NCBI GenBank assembly: GCA_905178155.1
Contig: CAJINV010000004.1
Coordinates: 3,567,320 to 3,631,319 of the forward strand
DNA length: 64,000 bases
DNA from: Amoebophrya sp. A120
Lineage: Eukaryota > Protista > Dinoflagellata
Direction of reading: 5' to 3'
Below, in pieces: positions 24,397-36,629 of the stretch. Made by a program: the position numbers and the translations under genes. Each line of letters begins with the position of its first letter. Positions within the stretch are counted from its first letter, which is position 1. The notes below the pieces were generated by a model. It saw only the letters and a list, made by a program, of their open reading frames with translations. It was not told where the DNA came from and made no database searches.

Positions 24397-27300
24397 ATGT
24401 TGATCCCAACTACAACATCGGGGGTCCGAGGAGACTCCACCCCCGACGGCTCGGCCGACGTGGTGACGCGTGCTTTCGCGCGGCTTCAGAATTCGCAGCG
24501 GCAATTTGAGGCGGTAGTGCACGACCTTGCGCAGCAGGGGCAGATGAGACGAGGCGGAACTAGTACTTCTACGTCGGTGAGGCAGCACAGTGCTTTCCCC
24601 TCGCACCACCCACATCGGCGGGAAACGGACGTAATGTTGTACTCGCGCAGCAGGAGTAGACCAGGGTCTTCGTCCGCGAATGTTGGTGTTCCTACAGCAA
24701 GAACTTCTTCCGCTCGGAGTGGAAACAATACATCAGCTAATAAGATGAACGACAGACCGGGCAGTTCCTCCACTTCCACCTCACGGGCGGACTTCGTTTC
24801 CTCATCGTCAGCTGCTCAGGAGGGGAAGAACTACGGGAAGCAAATGGGAGGTGTGCGAGGTGGACAAGAGCCCCGCGCAGGTGGTGTCTTCAGCACCGGA
24901 GATATAATTAACCGCAGTCAAACGTCGCACCAGCAGCGAGAGGACTGCTCGAGGCCTGGTTGTACCATTACTTCAAATCGACACTACGTCACGGAGCTGG
25001 TGCGCATGGCTCCGGAAGGAGTTGTGCTGAAAAAGCAGAGTGGTTGTATAGCCTCTACTACCTCCGCAAATCATAATCCGGGGAACATCAAAGGGCACGG
25101 TAGTACTAGCCGCACCAGCGCTGTCGTGCGGCCGTACGAAGGAGATTACGAACAAGTGCACGATCAGCAGAGAACTACTACGGCGCCTAGTCCTTCTGGC
25201 GGTCGTGCCCCCTACTTCCATCCAACAAAGCGGGTGGAGCGAAACGGAGACCAAAACCAGGACAAGAAACAAGCATTTCAGGAACAAGACAAAGCTAAAG
25301 CAGCAGCCGCGATGGTTGTTGTCCCGCCGCTGGTGAAGATTTCGGTTCCGAGGCTGCCTCTGCCGGTGAAAATAAACAGGCCACAGAGCGCGACAACTAC
25401 GGGTTCATCTGCAGGGTCTGGTTCAGTTGCGTCAGGAAAGAACATCAATAAAACCACTGTGAAGGTGGAAGAAGTCGATTTGCGAAATTTCTCCGCGTTC
25501 GAGTATCTCGCGGGCTCCTGTCCCTGGTTGTACGAAAATGAGGAAATAAGGGACGAAAGAACGACTGGAAGAAAAAGTGATGGTGTAGTTCACAACTCGA
25601 AAAGTACTGGTACAACGCCAGAAATTATCCAGTTCGTCACGAAAAACGAGGTGGTGTGCAGCACGTTTCTGGACATCAACGAGGAGGAAAACGACGACCA
25701 ATTGCTGAGCCCCAATAGTATGATCCAGTCCCCGATCGCCACAGCCTGGCCCGCGGACCGGCAGCTGGCCGAAGTGGAGGGTTCTTTGGGCCCGATGTTG
25801 CTGGTCGATGATGAGGACGAAGATGTTGACAAGATAAGGCAGGGACGAGGGGGTAAAGCAGCTGAGGTCAAGAAGTGTTGTACCACGACGACGAAAAACT
25901 GCAATGCTAAAGCCACAAATAACTACAGCTCGTTTATTGGCAACAAGTCCTCTGCTCAAGGTGGTGCAACATCCGAAGCCGCGGCATCCTACTTGTCGCA
26001 GGAGGTCAACGAGCAAGACACCACCGCGACGAGCACAAAGGTTGTACTCGGGACCATTTACGCCTCGGCGATCCAGAATTTCGTCCGGGAAGAGGAGGAG
26101 GAGGAATTTGTGCGCGAGAATCTGAAAATGCACACAATTGGGCAGGAGGAAGAGGAGCGGCGGGAAGGGGGAGATCACGATCGGGAACAGCAACAGGGAC
26201 ATTTGCAACTACTCGCAGAAGTAGACGCGGAGAGCAACCAGGCGGACTACTGCGGATCTTCTGATCAAAATCTTGGAGATGTTGAAAACCTTCTCCACGG
26301 CAGTACTCGCTCCTCGTTCGACGTCAACGACTTTCGCGGGCAGGGCAGCAAGTCGAACGTTGTGACCCGGGAGAACAGCAAGGAGGTGCTTCTTACTGGG
26401 CGGCCAGTAGAACCGGTGGACCATCTGTCACGGAAATGTGCGAACATCAAGGCATCTTCTGCAGGAAAGAACACTTCTGATGAGGAAGCGAGTAACCAGA
26501 ACTACACGCACAACGCATGTAGCAAGACCAACGCGGCCCGCACTGAGAAAGTAACAAAAACAGCATACACGACAGCAAAACCTACAGCAGCAGCTGCATC
26601 TTCCTCTGCCTGGTACCAAAGTAAGGTGCTACTGCCCAACCGGGGGCGACGAAACAAGTACGCCATGCGGCCGAAGTTTCAGTACTACAACCCGGCATCG
26701 AGGGAGACCAAAAAAAGAGGCGATCACGGGGGGCCAACGAAAGATGTATCTGCTGCAACGACGTCTACGTCTACCGCAGCTCCTTGCCCGAAGAAGCTAC
26801 TTCTCGAGGAGTTGCTCGGGGGAAGCAGGCCGCAGAGCCGGAGTGGAGGAGCGAAGATTTGTTCTGCCCGAGGAGATTCTAGTTCTACACAACAAGTCGG
26901 ATCTTCCGTGGGTGCTACTTGCCAAGGACCCTTCCAATTGCAGGTGACGGGCGCGTCCGCGTTGCCGCCCGCATCGGCTTGCGGAAGTTTATCTTCGCAG
27001 TACTCTAAAGATATCTCCCGGCCCGGAACTGCGGGGGCCGCGGTGACACCGAGCAGGGTCAGTACTGCTACAAATAGACCACCATCCGCTCCAGGGAAGA
27101 TAACGAGCCATCATGATACAAGAACTCATAGCAACCAAACTGCAGGAGAAGCAGCTCACGATTCTGCTGCTGAAACCAACATCAACCCGGCACGACAAGG
27201 AGTTGCTTTGTCCAAGCCCGATCACTCGAAGCACTTTCCCGCGCGCCCGACACCTCGGCGGATGCACCTCAGACCCTCGAGTCGCGGCGGAGTTGAGTTG

Positions 27301-29590
27301 AGAAGTGGTCACAACGTCGCGAAGAACGAGGATTTGTTTTTGCGAAGCAAGGAAGGATTTTTCCACAATCAATCAGCGGCGGTTCCAGGACGAGAAGTAG
27401 CAGATTCTACTTGTTTCGACGCTTTGCGCATCGATTCGAAGACTTGCGGACAGCGCGGTTATTTCTATGATCAGTTCAGCGGAGGTTATGGTGGACTAGT
27501 ACAGGATGTTTCTGGAGGAACTGCAGCTGGTTCTTGCAGCTCTAGTGTCGTGCGGCCGGGTTTCAGCGGGGCCTACTTTATGTCTCACCAATCGTATAGT
27601 ACTTCTTCGCGGCCGCAGTCGGCGGATTGTGGTGCGGCTCACAAGAGGAACTTCTGTAGCGGGTTACCATGCAAGCTTATCGCCGTCGAAGTGTATGACA
27701 GTGTGTACCAGTCCTCCTATTTTTCATTTGTCACGCAAAAGCCCTTGAGCACTATTTTGCATGACAATTTGCAGCAGCCCAAATCGCACCACCGTCATGC
27801 AGACGCTACATTTCTGGCCCTTTTGTGATGCTGCTCATGCCGTGCAAATGAGGGGAAAAGGGAGAGTTGTGCACTCTCATAAAGTGCCAAGCTGTGCTAC
27901 TACGACGCCGGGGTTTTATTGCAATACTACGCGGACTACTGGACCAGGTGGTTGCGATGATGCAGCAGTAGAGATACACTCTGTAGTTGATGTGGACCCG
28001 GCCGCGGGGCACTACCAGAGAAAGAAGGAGCACGTAGAAAATTGCAGCGACGTTCCACAAGAACTGCTACGTCCCCAATCCGCTGCCGCAAAATTGATCA
28101 ACAACATTCGTGAAAAATCGGTCGGTTCTGCGTTGGACGGGGAAAATGAAAATTCTACCTCGCGGCCTTCCTCACCGACGTTCTCCAACTTCGTCATTTC
28201 ACAGCAGATGATGGCGGGATTAGCTACAACAAACAGGGATGATTTTTATCCTGCGGATAAAAATTCCCATACAGCATCTTCAGCAGGCGACGATAGAAGT
28301 TCTTGTCCAGCAGCTCCATTGAAAACACAACAACAACACGACCATCCCCTCTGGACCGACCTGCAACCCGTGTTGCTGAAAGGGCAGATTTGCTGTTCCA
28401 CCCCGCGGTTCGCAGGAAGTCCAGCTTCGACCAGCGAGAAACAAGAGTCCAAAAATGGGACGACGAACAACAGTAGCGCAATGACGCCGAATTTTGAGAG
28501 CGCAAGCGACGCTCTTGTTCTTTCTCGGTCGACCACGCCATTGTCGTCCGTGAACGGGGGGCTTTCTTCCCAGGTAGACGCGGTTTTTCACGCTGGAAGC
28601 GGAATAAATCAGGTTGAGGAAAGAACGGATGGGCACTACCAGGAGAAAAGGTCTACGGGAATAATTTTGGGGAACGACGTGAGTACGAAGTTGAACGACT
28701 CGGAGCCTTTGCAACAAGAAGACAACGACGGTGCTAGTGTGAAGCAGGAACAAGATTGCACGAACAAGGCTTTCTGGAAGGTGAATCCGCCGCGCGGCGG
28801 CCAGGTGCTGAGCCGTCCGAGTACAGCGACTGGCTCAACATCCTCTGTTGTGGTTCGAAGCGGAAATAGGAAAATCAATGCGTCGAAAATATCTTCAAAT
28901 AGGGATAATAATAGAGACCACTACAACTCGCTGCTGCTAGCGGCAACAGTCCAGCGGATCATTCCAATGCCGCGGGTGGTGGAACAACCGCGGAATCATG
29001 GCGGAGGTTCGAGTACTACTGTTTCAGTTTCTGACGAGCAGGCAAAGTCAAATTCAAAACGATATCAGGGAAAGCAAGCTCAGTCTTTTGCAACCGAAGA
29101 CAGTAGAAATGCAATGACGATCGGAAGCTGTGTTGGGACTTCTACAGTGCTTTTCGAGCATAAGAACCACGATTGTAAAAAGAAACAGCCCCTTGTCAAC
29201 AGCACGGGTTGTAGCAGTGGTAGCAGTGGCGCTCCTGTTTCATCAAGTTCAACGCCGACGCGTAATCCGGTTGTGACACCGCCCCCGGGTTGTAAGAAGA
29301 TGAACAGTACTAGTCGTACGAAAACCTCTACAGCTGCACCAGCGCACAATAAACGCGTATACCAGACCGCGATGCAGGGCCAGAAGGTGGATATTTCGTT
29401 TCTCGTGCAGAGGAACGCGCAACAGCAGGAAGTAGTGCGGGACCACATGCGCGGAGCGGGTGGTGCTGTTGGTGTTCTCTCAGGGCCGTCTGTAGCGGAT
29501 GACAGAGTTGATGAACAACAACCCGGGTCGCCAGCGCAAGGGGACTGTCGAGAAGACGACGACCTGGCCTTTACGTTTCAAGAAATTTGA
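24397..29590 (+). CDS. Large Ser/Thr/Gly-rich low-complexity hypothetical protein (about 1670 aa)
   Basis: The 1143-aa and 609-aa ORFs join in frame (VEV|PSC) when 27694-27886 is removed. Repeated SRPxS/TA motifs. Start codon uncertain. Confidence 0.7.
27694..27881. mobile_element. Introner family E
   Basis: TATGACAGTG...GCACTCTCATA; DR AAGTG/AAGTG. Confidence 0.85.
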
Positions 29591-30369
29591 GTAGTATTTA
29601 CGATAATGTGAGAGTATCGATCATTTGATTTTTGCTTTGCGTTTCACTTTTATAATCACGGCATATTTCAGATTCATTTCCAGTATCTGTTTTTGTCATT
29701 TGAAAAATTTATGATTAAAGATTTCCGATTCGCTCAACAATTACAAATCACTTATATGGAAATTCTGATTTTCGACCTCTTTTCGTTTCATTATTTGATA
29801 GCTGGACGGCTTCTTGCACACCATTTTGTCGAAATAGTGATCGACTGTACACCATTGGAGACACAGTTTTACCTTGAAAATGCATTTTCTGAAAGGCGGC
29901 GCCGGTGGTCTGTATAATCCAGCCCAAGTACTAACTTCTTTCATTTTTCAGATTTTTTGTTGTTGCGCGTTTTCGTTTTTTTTCTAGCGAGCGCATACTC
30001 GAGTTTGGAACTGAGTTGCTGCGGATACGAGCAAAGCCGCTCCTTCTGCTGGAAAGATTTTTTTCCTGAGAGAAACCACAAAGAGGCACAAAGGGTTGGA
30101 TAGTTAGCAACACATTTTTTTGTTACATGCTTGGTTCGGAAGTGAACGGGGCGGTGTACGAGTATCATAAGCAGGCGCAGGACCCTTGAGAAGCAGTACT
30201 GCTCACCTCCCTCGATAGATATTATCACTCATTTTGAGCATTTTACGTGATTTTTTGTAAATTGACCGAGGTGGACGGAGAATCCTTTTCGTTTTCACTG
30301 TTTAAGTAATTTCTTCGCGCCATCTTGTAAATACGGAAAAAAGCACTAGCACACAACGAGAGAAGAGCC

Positions 30370-33044
30370 ATGCTGTCGCTGAACCGATTCCGATTAGCGA
30401 TGTCCGTCTTCCTCGTCGTGCTTTCCGTCTTCGGGACAGTTTCAACGGCTGCTTCACCACGCTCCCGTTCCGGTGACTTTTTCGATCTTCATTTCATCGA
30501 CGGAGCGCAATACCCGCTCGCCCGTTGTCTGGACGGGTCTTTGCCGTATTTTTACATCTCCAGACCAGCGGTGGATGAAAAATCATTGGCACCAGCAGCA
30601 TCTGCGGGAGCAGCTCCTGCAAGACCAGTCGCTGATACAACAACCGACAAGAAGAGAAATTTCATTTTCTACCTCGAGGGCGGCGCGTGGTGCGAGTCGG
30701 TGGAAGATTGCGTCGCGCGGTCGGAAACGTACCTGGGCTCCGGAAAATTTCTTCCGGAAAAACACGAGAACGTGTTCTTCCCCGCCAGAACTTCGGGCAT
30801 CATCCCCTACCTGGACAGCGACTGCGAGGAAGTAAATCCGGAGTTTTGCGAGTTCACAAAAGTGATCATTCACTACTGCGACGGAAACAGCTTCACCGGC
30901 CAGCGGAAAGATGTGGTGGAAATCGCCGAAGATGGTGAAGATGCAGGAGAAGTTATGATGACATCAAAATTATCGTCCACTTCTGCTGATGTGAAAAGGA
31001 AAACTACAAAAGTGCTAGTAGATCAGCACAAACTAGCCTCCGCTCGGGCGATTTACAAAAACCTGCAGCAAGAGTACAGAGGGTACGCGAAGGCACTTAT
31101 TAAGAGGAAAAATCCCCCCTCCCCATATCGAAAAGGTATCTTTCCGGAAATTTGTGTTGCTGATTTGCGACCTCAAATCACGTCTGTCTTGCAAGAAGGC
31201 AACTCCACAAGCTCCGAAGCATTGTGCAGGCGGTTTGTGATGCTGATGGGCCTACAGCGCGGACGTTTCTCATACTAGACGCCTAGGCCAGAGCCTCTCT
31301 ACTTTGGCTTAGTATGGGGCTGCATTCGTCTCCAGCAAGACAAATCTTATTTGTGTACGCAAATCCTGCGTCAGAAGCTTCGTTTTGATATGGGGAGGGG
31401 GGATTTTTCCTTTTGATAGCACTCGGCGGCTTAGTGAAGCTGAATCCTTCCGTCGACGGCGAGAGTGATGTTATTGGGGAAGCAGAACAGACACAGAATC
31501 GTGAAAGAAAAGGAAAAATAAAGCTCTACTTCCGCGGTCGCTACATCCTGGACGCTGTGATTGAATCGGTGCTCACGACACTGTCCGCTCCTCCGTCGGC
31601 CCCGAAAGGAATGAGCAGCGAAGTTGTTTTGCCTCCCGTCCAACCGCCAAATAGTACAACAAATGCTAATATCGGCAGCGTCCTCCTTGCCGGTTGTTCT
31701 GCCGGGGGTTTAGCAGTTTTGTTGCATGCGGATCGAGTGAAGGAGAAGTTTTTTAATAACTTGGAAATCAAGTTCCGGGCAGCGAGTTTTTCCGGGTGGT
31801 TTATGGACGTGCAGACTGTGTTTCCGAAGCAATTGGAAGATCCAGATTCTTCGGAAAACAAGAACAAGCCTCCAACTACCCCGCTCGTCCAGAAACAAGC
31901 GACCGCTGCGGTTTTGTTACACGACTCGTTTCTCCCGGGGAATTGTGTGGAAGCGCAGAGGAGGAAGGGAAGAGATCCAAATCGGTGCATTTTCGCCGCA
32001 ATAGCCTATCCGGAAACGGAGAGTACGATCTTCGTTCAAAATTCCGCCGTCGATGCGTACCAGATCGAGGACATCTTGACGCAGACCGACACGCTCTTCG
32101 GAGTGTATGCGATTGCAAATACGTCCAGGTCTGGAATAAACAAGTTGTGATGCTATGAAACGAATGAAAAACCGACTCCAGTTGTACGCGGCCACGTATA
32201 GGAAATTTCTGGGCGGTAGTTCTGTGGTCGTAACTCGCAAGAGAAGTCATGTTTTAGTTTTTGCATGAGAAATCATGCCTGCTGCACTCTTCCATAATTA
32301 AAAAATCATACATTTTCGGGTACCAGGCGGGTTCAGCATGACAAGTTTTCCAGACCCAGACATTTATTTGCAATTGATAGACTGTCAAGCCCTACGACGG
32401 AGACGAAAACAACTACTTCCGTCTTCACCTCCTGGGCCCTCTGCACGAAAGATTTGGAGTACTGCGATGCGGCAAAGATGACGGTCCTCCGGGAGTTCGA
32501 GACTGCTCTGGTGAAAAGTGTGGTGCATGCGTTTGGCCTGAAGGAAAAAAGACTGAAAAATAGAGACAAAGCTGATAAAAGCACTACATTCATTTTCTCC
32601 GACGTCTTTTTCCTCGACAGCTGCCTGCGCCACTGCGAAAGTGAGACGCTGCCTCTTTGGATGAACGTGAAACTTGGCGCGGAACAAGAACATCAAATGC
32701 AGGATGACTCCAGTTCAACACCTTCTGTGCAACAAAACAAAAACACCGCAAATTATTATTTTTCCCTGCAACAGAGCATGAGCAATTGGTGGAGAGGACA
32801 GGGAGTCGGAACTTTTGAAACTATCGGGACCACAACATTTTCGGTGAGCCAAAACAGTCAATATCCATTCCACGTGCTGCCCTGCCTTGTGAGCAACACG
32901 ACGCGACCGCGGCAGTGCGACAGACAGTGCTACGACGGTGTCTCAACAGGAAACGGGAGGGAAATCTTCTCCGATGACGCACCACAAGTGTTGGATGTTT
33001 TGCGCTGGTTATTTTTTGGTGGACACGACTTTTTCTGGGGGTGA
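30370..33044 (+). CDS. Secreted pectinacetylesterase/Notum-family hydrolase
   Basis: Signal-peptide-like N-terminus; ARCLDGS, YLEGGAWC, YCDGNSFTG, LYFRG, nucleophile motif GCSAGG. Two introners (31098-31418, 32106-32379). Confidence 0.88.
31098..31418. mobile_element. Introner family B
   Basis: DR GCACT/GCACT. Confidence 0.92.
32106..32379. mobile_element. Introner family A (diverged)
   Basis: DR GAGTG/GACTG. Confidence 0.82.
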
Positions 33045-33785
33045 TTTGAAACTCTACGTAATTTGTACGCGGCAAGCACAGAGGCCAAATGCCGAGGAAC
33101 GAAGTAAAGACGGGAAGTTCTCATAAGCAATAGCACTTCGTGCAACGAGAAGTTGGCCATTGTTATCCACCTGCGTGTGGGTGGTCTCCGAGCACAGGGA
33201 TTCGTGTTCGACTCTTTTCGTGACCCAAGCATTCAAGAGAATTGCACGAACTAAAACTTGGCACGAGAACATTCAAAACTGAGCACAAGAATTGATATCT
33301 AGAAACTGGCTCCTCCGCATCATCTGGACTACAAAATGCAATGTGGGCGTCGAAAAGTAGCACTAGTTCTTTCCGATCCACAAAATAAGCATTTCATCTC
33401 CGTGAAGATCATCGCGTTTGCGACATAAGCGGCGCTTTTCCACTAGCAATCGAGCCTCTAAGTCTAATCGACACAACGTATGAAGAAAAAGATTTAGCAT
33501 TTCGAAGAACTAGTTGTACCGACGGAGGAGGTGGCCTTGTTCTTCTCCCCCTGTAAGCCGGTTCTTTCGTGGACGTCTGATGTTCGTCTTCAGTTTCAGT
33601 TGTTGCGCAATTTCGCTACTTCTAATAATGATGAAAGAAAGTCGTGCGCACTTGTGGACAGGATGAAGAAAGTCCTCGTGTGGAGTTATTTTGCTTCTCT
33701 AAATATCGTTTTTTTTTTTTTAACCGCCGCCTTTTAATATTTTCCGCTCTGTGTGCTGTCCTCAGACACAATTCGCTTCGACCTG

Positions 33786-34460
33786 ATGGTGTTACTTGGG
33801 AAGGCTTTGTGCCGTTTTTTGCTTTGCTCTAGGCGGGGGAAGCCGAGCGCCGTCGTGCCGGGCCCTTCTTTGAGCGTGTACGACTTCTCGGCGAAACCTT
33901 TGGGAAGCGAGGAGGAAAAGTCTCTGGCGGACTATCGTGGCAGAGTTCTGCTCATCGTGAATGTTGCGTCCATCTGAGATGTGACTGACCGCGACTACGC
34001 GGAGCTGAATACGTTGCACGACAAGCACGCTGAGCTTGGGCTGTCGATCCTGGGATTTCCCTGTAACCAGTTCGGGAACCAGGAGCCCGGGGATGACGGA
34101 CAAATCAAACAGTTTGTGCAGGGAAAAAACGTACAGTGGGACATGTTTTCGAAAGTGGATGTGAACGGTCCGCGGGCGTTGCCACTGTTCGACTTCTTGA
34201 AGGCGGACCGAGCTGCTCCCGGCGACGCCGCGGCGAATCCAATCAAGTGGAACTTTACCAAGTTTCTGGTTGGTCGCGACGGGCTGCCCATCGAACGTTT
34301 TGCCACCGAGGTCAGCCCCTTACAAGTAGAGCAGCACATCGTCGCGGCGTTGCAGCAGCAACAGCCGCACACGGCACCTACGGCCGAAGTAGGAGCAGAC
34401 ACGGACGTAGACGTTACGTCTCCCCGTTTCAGTATCATTCACCCGACGTCCCCTGGATAG
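33786..34460 (+). CDS. GPX: Glutathione peroxidase with in-frame TGA (probable selenocysteine)
   Basis: LIVNVASI-TGA(33975-33977)-DVT at the catalytic Sec/Cys position; ILGFPCNQFGNQEPG, KVDVNG and IKWNFTKFLV in the same frame. Confidence 0.92.
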
Positions 34461-35049
34461 GGCTTGTGTGCTATCTTCTTCTGTCGTGTGCTAGCATTAT
34501 GCCGAAGTGCAAGTCGCGATCGTTTTTTCGTAGTGAAGTGACTACGCATCGTCCGCATGGTGGTGGATTTTCTCCGGATTTGAAACCCTTACGAGTAGTT
34601 GCTGATTTGTTTGAAATTATGTCTATGTCTTGGCGCGGCGCAAAAACAGGGGAGCTGGATGTGGTGGCACAAAGTAGATTTGCTCTGTAGTATGTTCATG
34701 CTGGTGGTGCAGCTCATAGGACGCTTTGTTATCCATCTGTCAAAAGAATGCGACGTAAATTTTTCAAGGTTTGCACAGGATTGTTTGGTGTTCGTTGTCT
34801 GATTTCTGTGGTCAGTTTCAGATACGAGAATCGTAAATCGCGTTCCTATTTGTCAGACCCGAAAGTAAAAACGCATGTATTTTCTGTTAATCAGCCCGCA
34901 GCAGGGACGAGAAGGATCTGGAAATATCAAAAAAGATACCTAGAAAAATATTATTCCTGCGCCAGTCCCAGTGATAAAGACCTGTTGGTAATTGATAAAT
35001 TTGCGACAACGTGGTCGCATAATTTCAATTTCCTGTCCCGACCAAGAAG

Positions 35050-36003
35050 ATGTCAAGCAGCAGCAGTAGCAGCGCGGCGCCCGCAGGTCGTGTATCATCT
35101 TCTCCCCCGCCGCCACCAAAGAAGAAGTCCGCCTTCCTCTCGGGTCTTGCGGGCGGCCTGGCGGGGGTCTGCGAGATTTCCGTCACTATGCCGCTTGATA
35201 CGGTGAAGACCCAGATGCAGTTGGGCGGGAAGCATGCGAGTTTCGGGCAAGTCGTGCGAGACCTTGCAAACACGCCGCAGCAGCCTCTCGCAAGCTTTTA
35301 CCGCGGATTCACTCCCATGGTCACCCAGGTATCCTGCAAAGCGGCGATACGGTTCGCGGCATTTCAGCAGTTGAAACTGCTCCTGGACAACAATTTTGTC
35401 GCCGGAGTAGGTGCCGGAATCGTGGAGGCCGCGGTCTGGGTCACGCCCACCGAGCGGCTCAAGGTGTTGCGACAGGCACAAGGTACACCTACTTCTACTG
35501 GTAGTCCACCACCGCCCTCGTCGATGACCACGCTGGTTCGAGAGCTGCACAAAGCTCAGGGCCTTCCAGGGTTTTTTGTCGGGTTCGTTCCTACCGCGGC
35601 GAGGCAGGGCGTCGCGATGGGCATCCGCTTTGCGCTGTACGATAAGGTGAAGAAAATGCTGGCGGAAAACAAAAGTGTGCAAGAAATTTGCAGCAAGCCC
35701 ACCCAGTTGCTCCTCGCCGGGATGGCGACGGGGGTGGTGTCGGCACTGGCAAACCAGCCGATCGACACCGCGAAGTCCAGAATTCAAGCGAGTATGGGTG
35801 GTGGCCAAGGAAAAAACCTCTCGACGACGAAGCAGTACACTGGCACAGTAGACTGCTTGCGGAAGATGGCGTTGCAGGAAGGCTTTTTATCCTGGTACGC
35901 AGGGTGCGGACCGAGGACGATGCGGTTAATGATCGGCCAAGGGATCATCTTCAGCTGCCAAGAAACCATTTCCGAATTCCTACATGCGAATTTTGCTACT
36001 TGA
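35050..36003 (+). CDS. Mitochondrial carrier (SLC25), citrate or succinate/fumarate-like
   Basis: Three PxDxxKxxxQ motifs (PLDTVKTQMQ, PTERLKVLRQ, PIDTAKSRIQ); KAAIRF; intronless 317 aa. Confidence 0.92.
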   Translation: MSSSSSSSAAPAGRVSSSPPPPPKKKSAFLSGLAGGLAGVCEISVTMPLDTVKTQMQLGGKHASFGQVVRDLANTPQQPLASFYRGFTPMVTQVSCKAAIRFAAFQQLKLLLDNNFVAGVGAGIVEAAVWVTPTERLKVLRQAQGTPTSTGSPPPPSSMTTLVRELHKAQGLPGFFVGFVPTAARQGVAMGIRFALYDKVKKMLAENKSVQEICSKPTQLLLAGMATGVVSALANQPIDTAKSRIQASMGGGQGKNLSTTKQYTGTVDCLRKMALQEGFLSWYAGCGPRTMRLMIGQGIIFSCQETISEFLHANFAT

Positions 36004-36629
36004 AGGGGGATGCTGGCGTTTGATTTAAGTGTTTGTGTTTCATCCAAGTTGTGCTGCTGTCGTTGAAAAGATATAAGAAAAAAATGATCTCGCAGCAACC
36101 GAAGTAGTATATTTATTTTCTAAATGCGATCATGCAGGTTGTAAGTGCACAGAATCTGGATCATGGTGAGTGCGTCAAGTGTAGAGAAATCAAATGGAAG
36201 AAAGACAGCACAGCAGCTGCAACTGCAACTGCAATCGAAGATCTTTTGAAGTGTCGCTGACCATGGAAGATGCTCCTGAAAAAATCATGGTGCGAACTCT
36301 TCTCTGAAAACTTGAAAATGATTGCTCCGCGAGGCCTCAGCGGCTTTGTCTGTCGTTCGATCAGATATGGTTCTTGCGTACGACCGTGTTTACAAACTTC
36401 TTATCTTGGAAATTCTTCAGGAAGGGCCGTTTGGAGATGAGAGCGAGGTGATGTAAGTCCGCGCCAGAATTGTCTTCGCCCGAGGGTGCTGTCGATTCGT
36501 ATCAAGAGTGGTATAATATTAGGCTTTTGAGTGTAAAAAGAAAAAGTGGTTTTTTTATGGTATCACGACTTGATTGTGAAGATTTCGATTTGTGTTTGCC
36601 ACATTCAAGAATCCCATTGAGAAAAAATA

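Noticed and set aside
33975-33977. Nonsense mutation or alternative genetic code
   Set aside because: The TGA falls exactly on the GPx catalytic residue, and other genes here use TGA as stop (15259, 36001).
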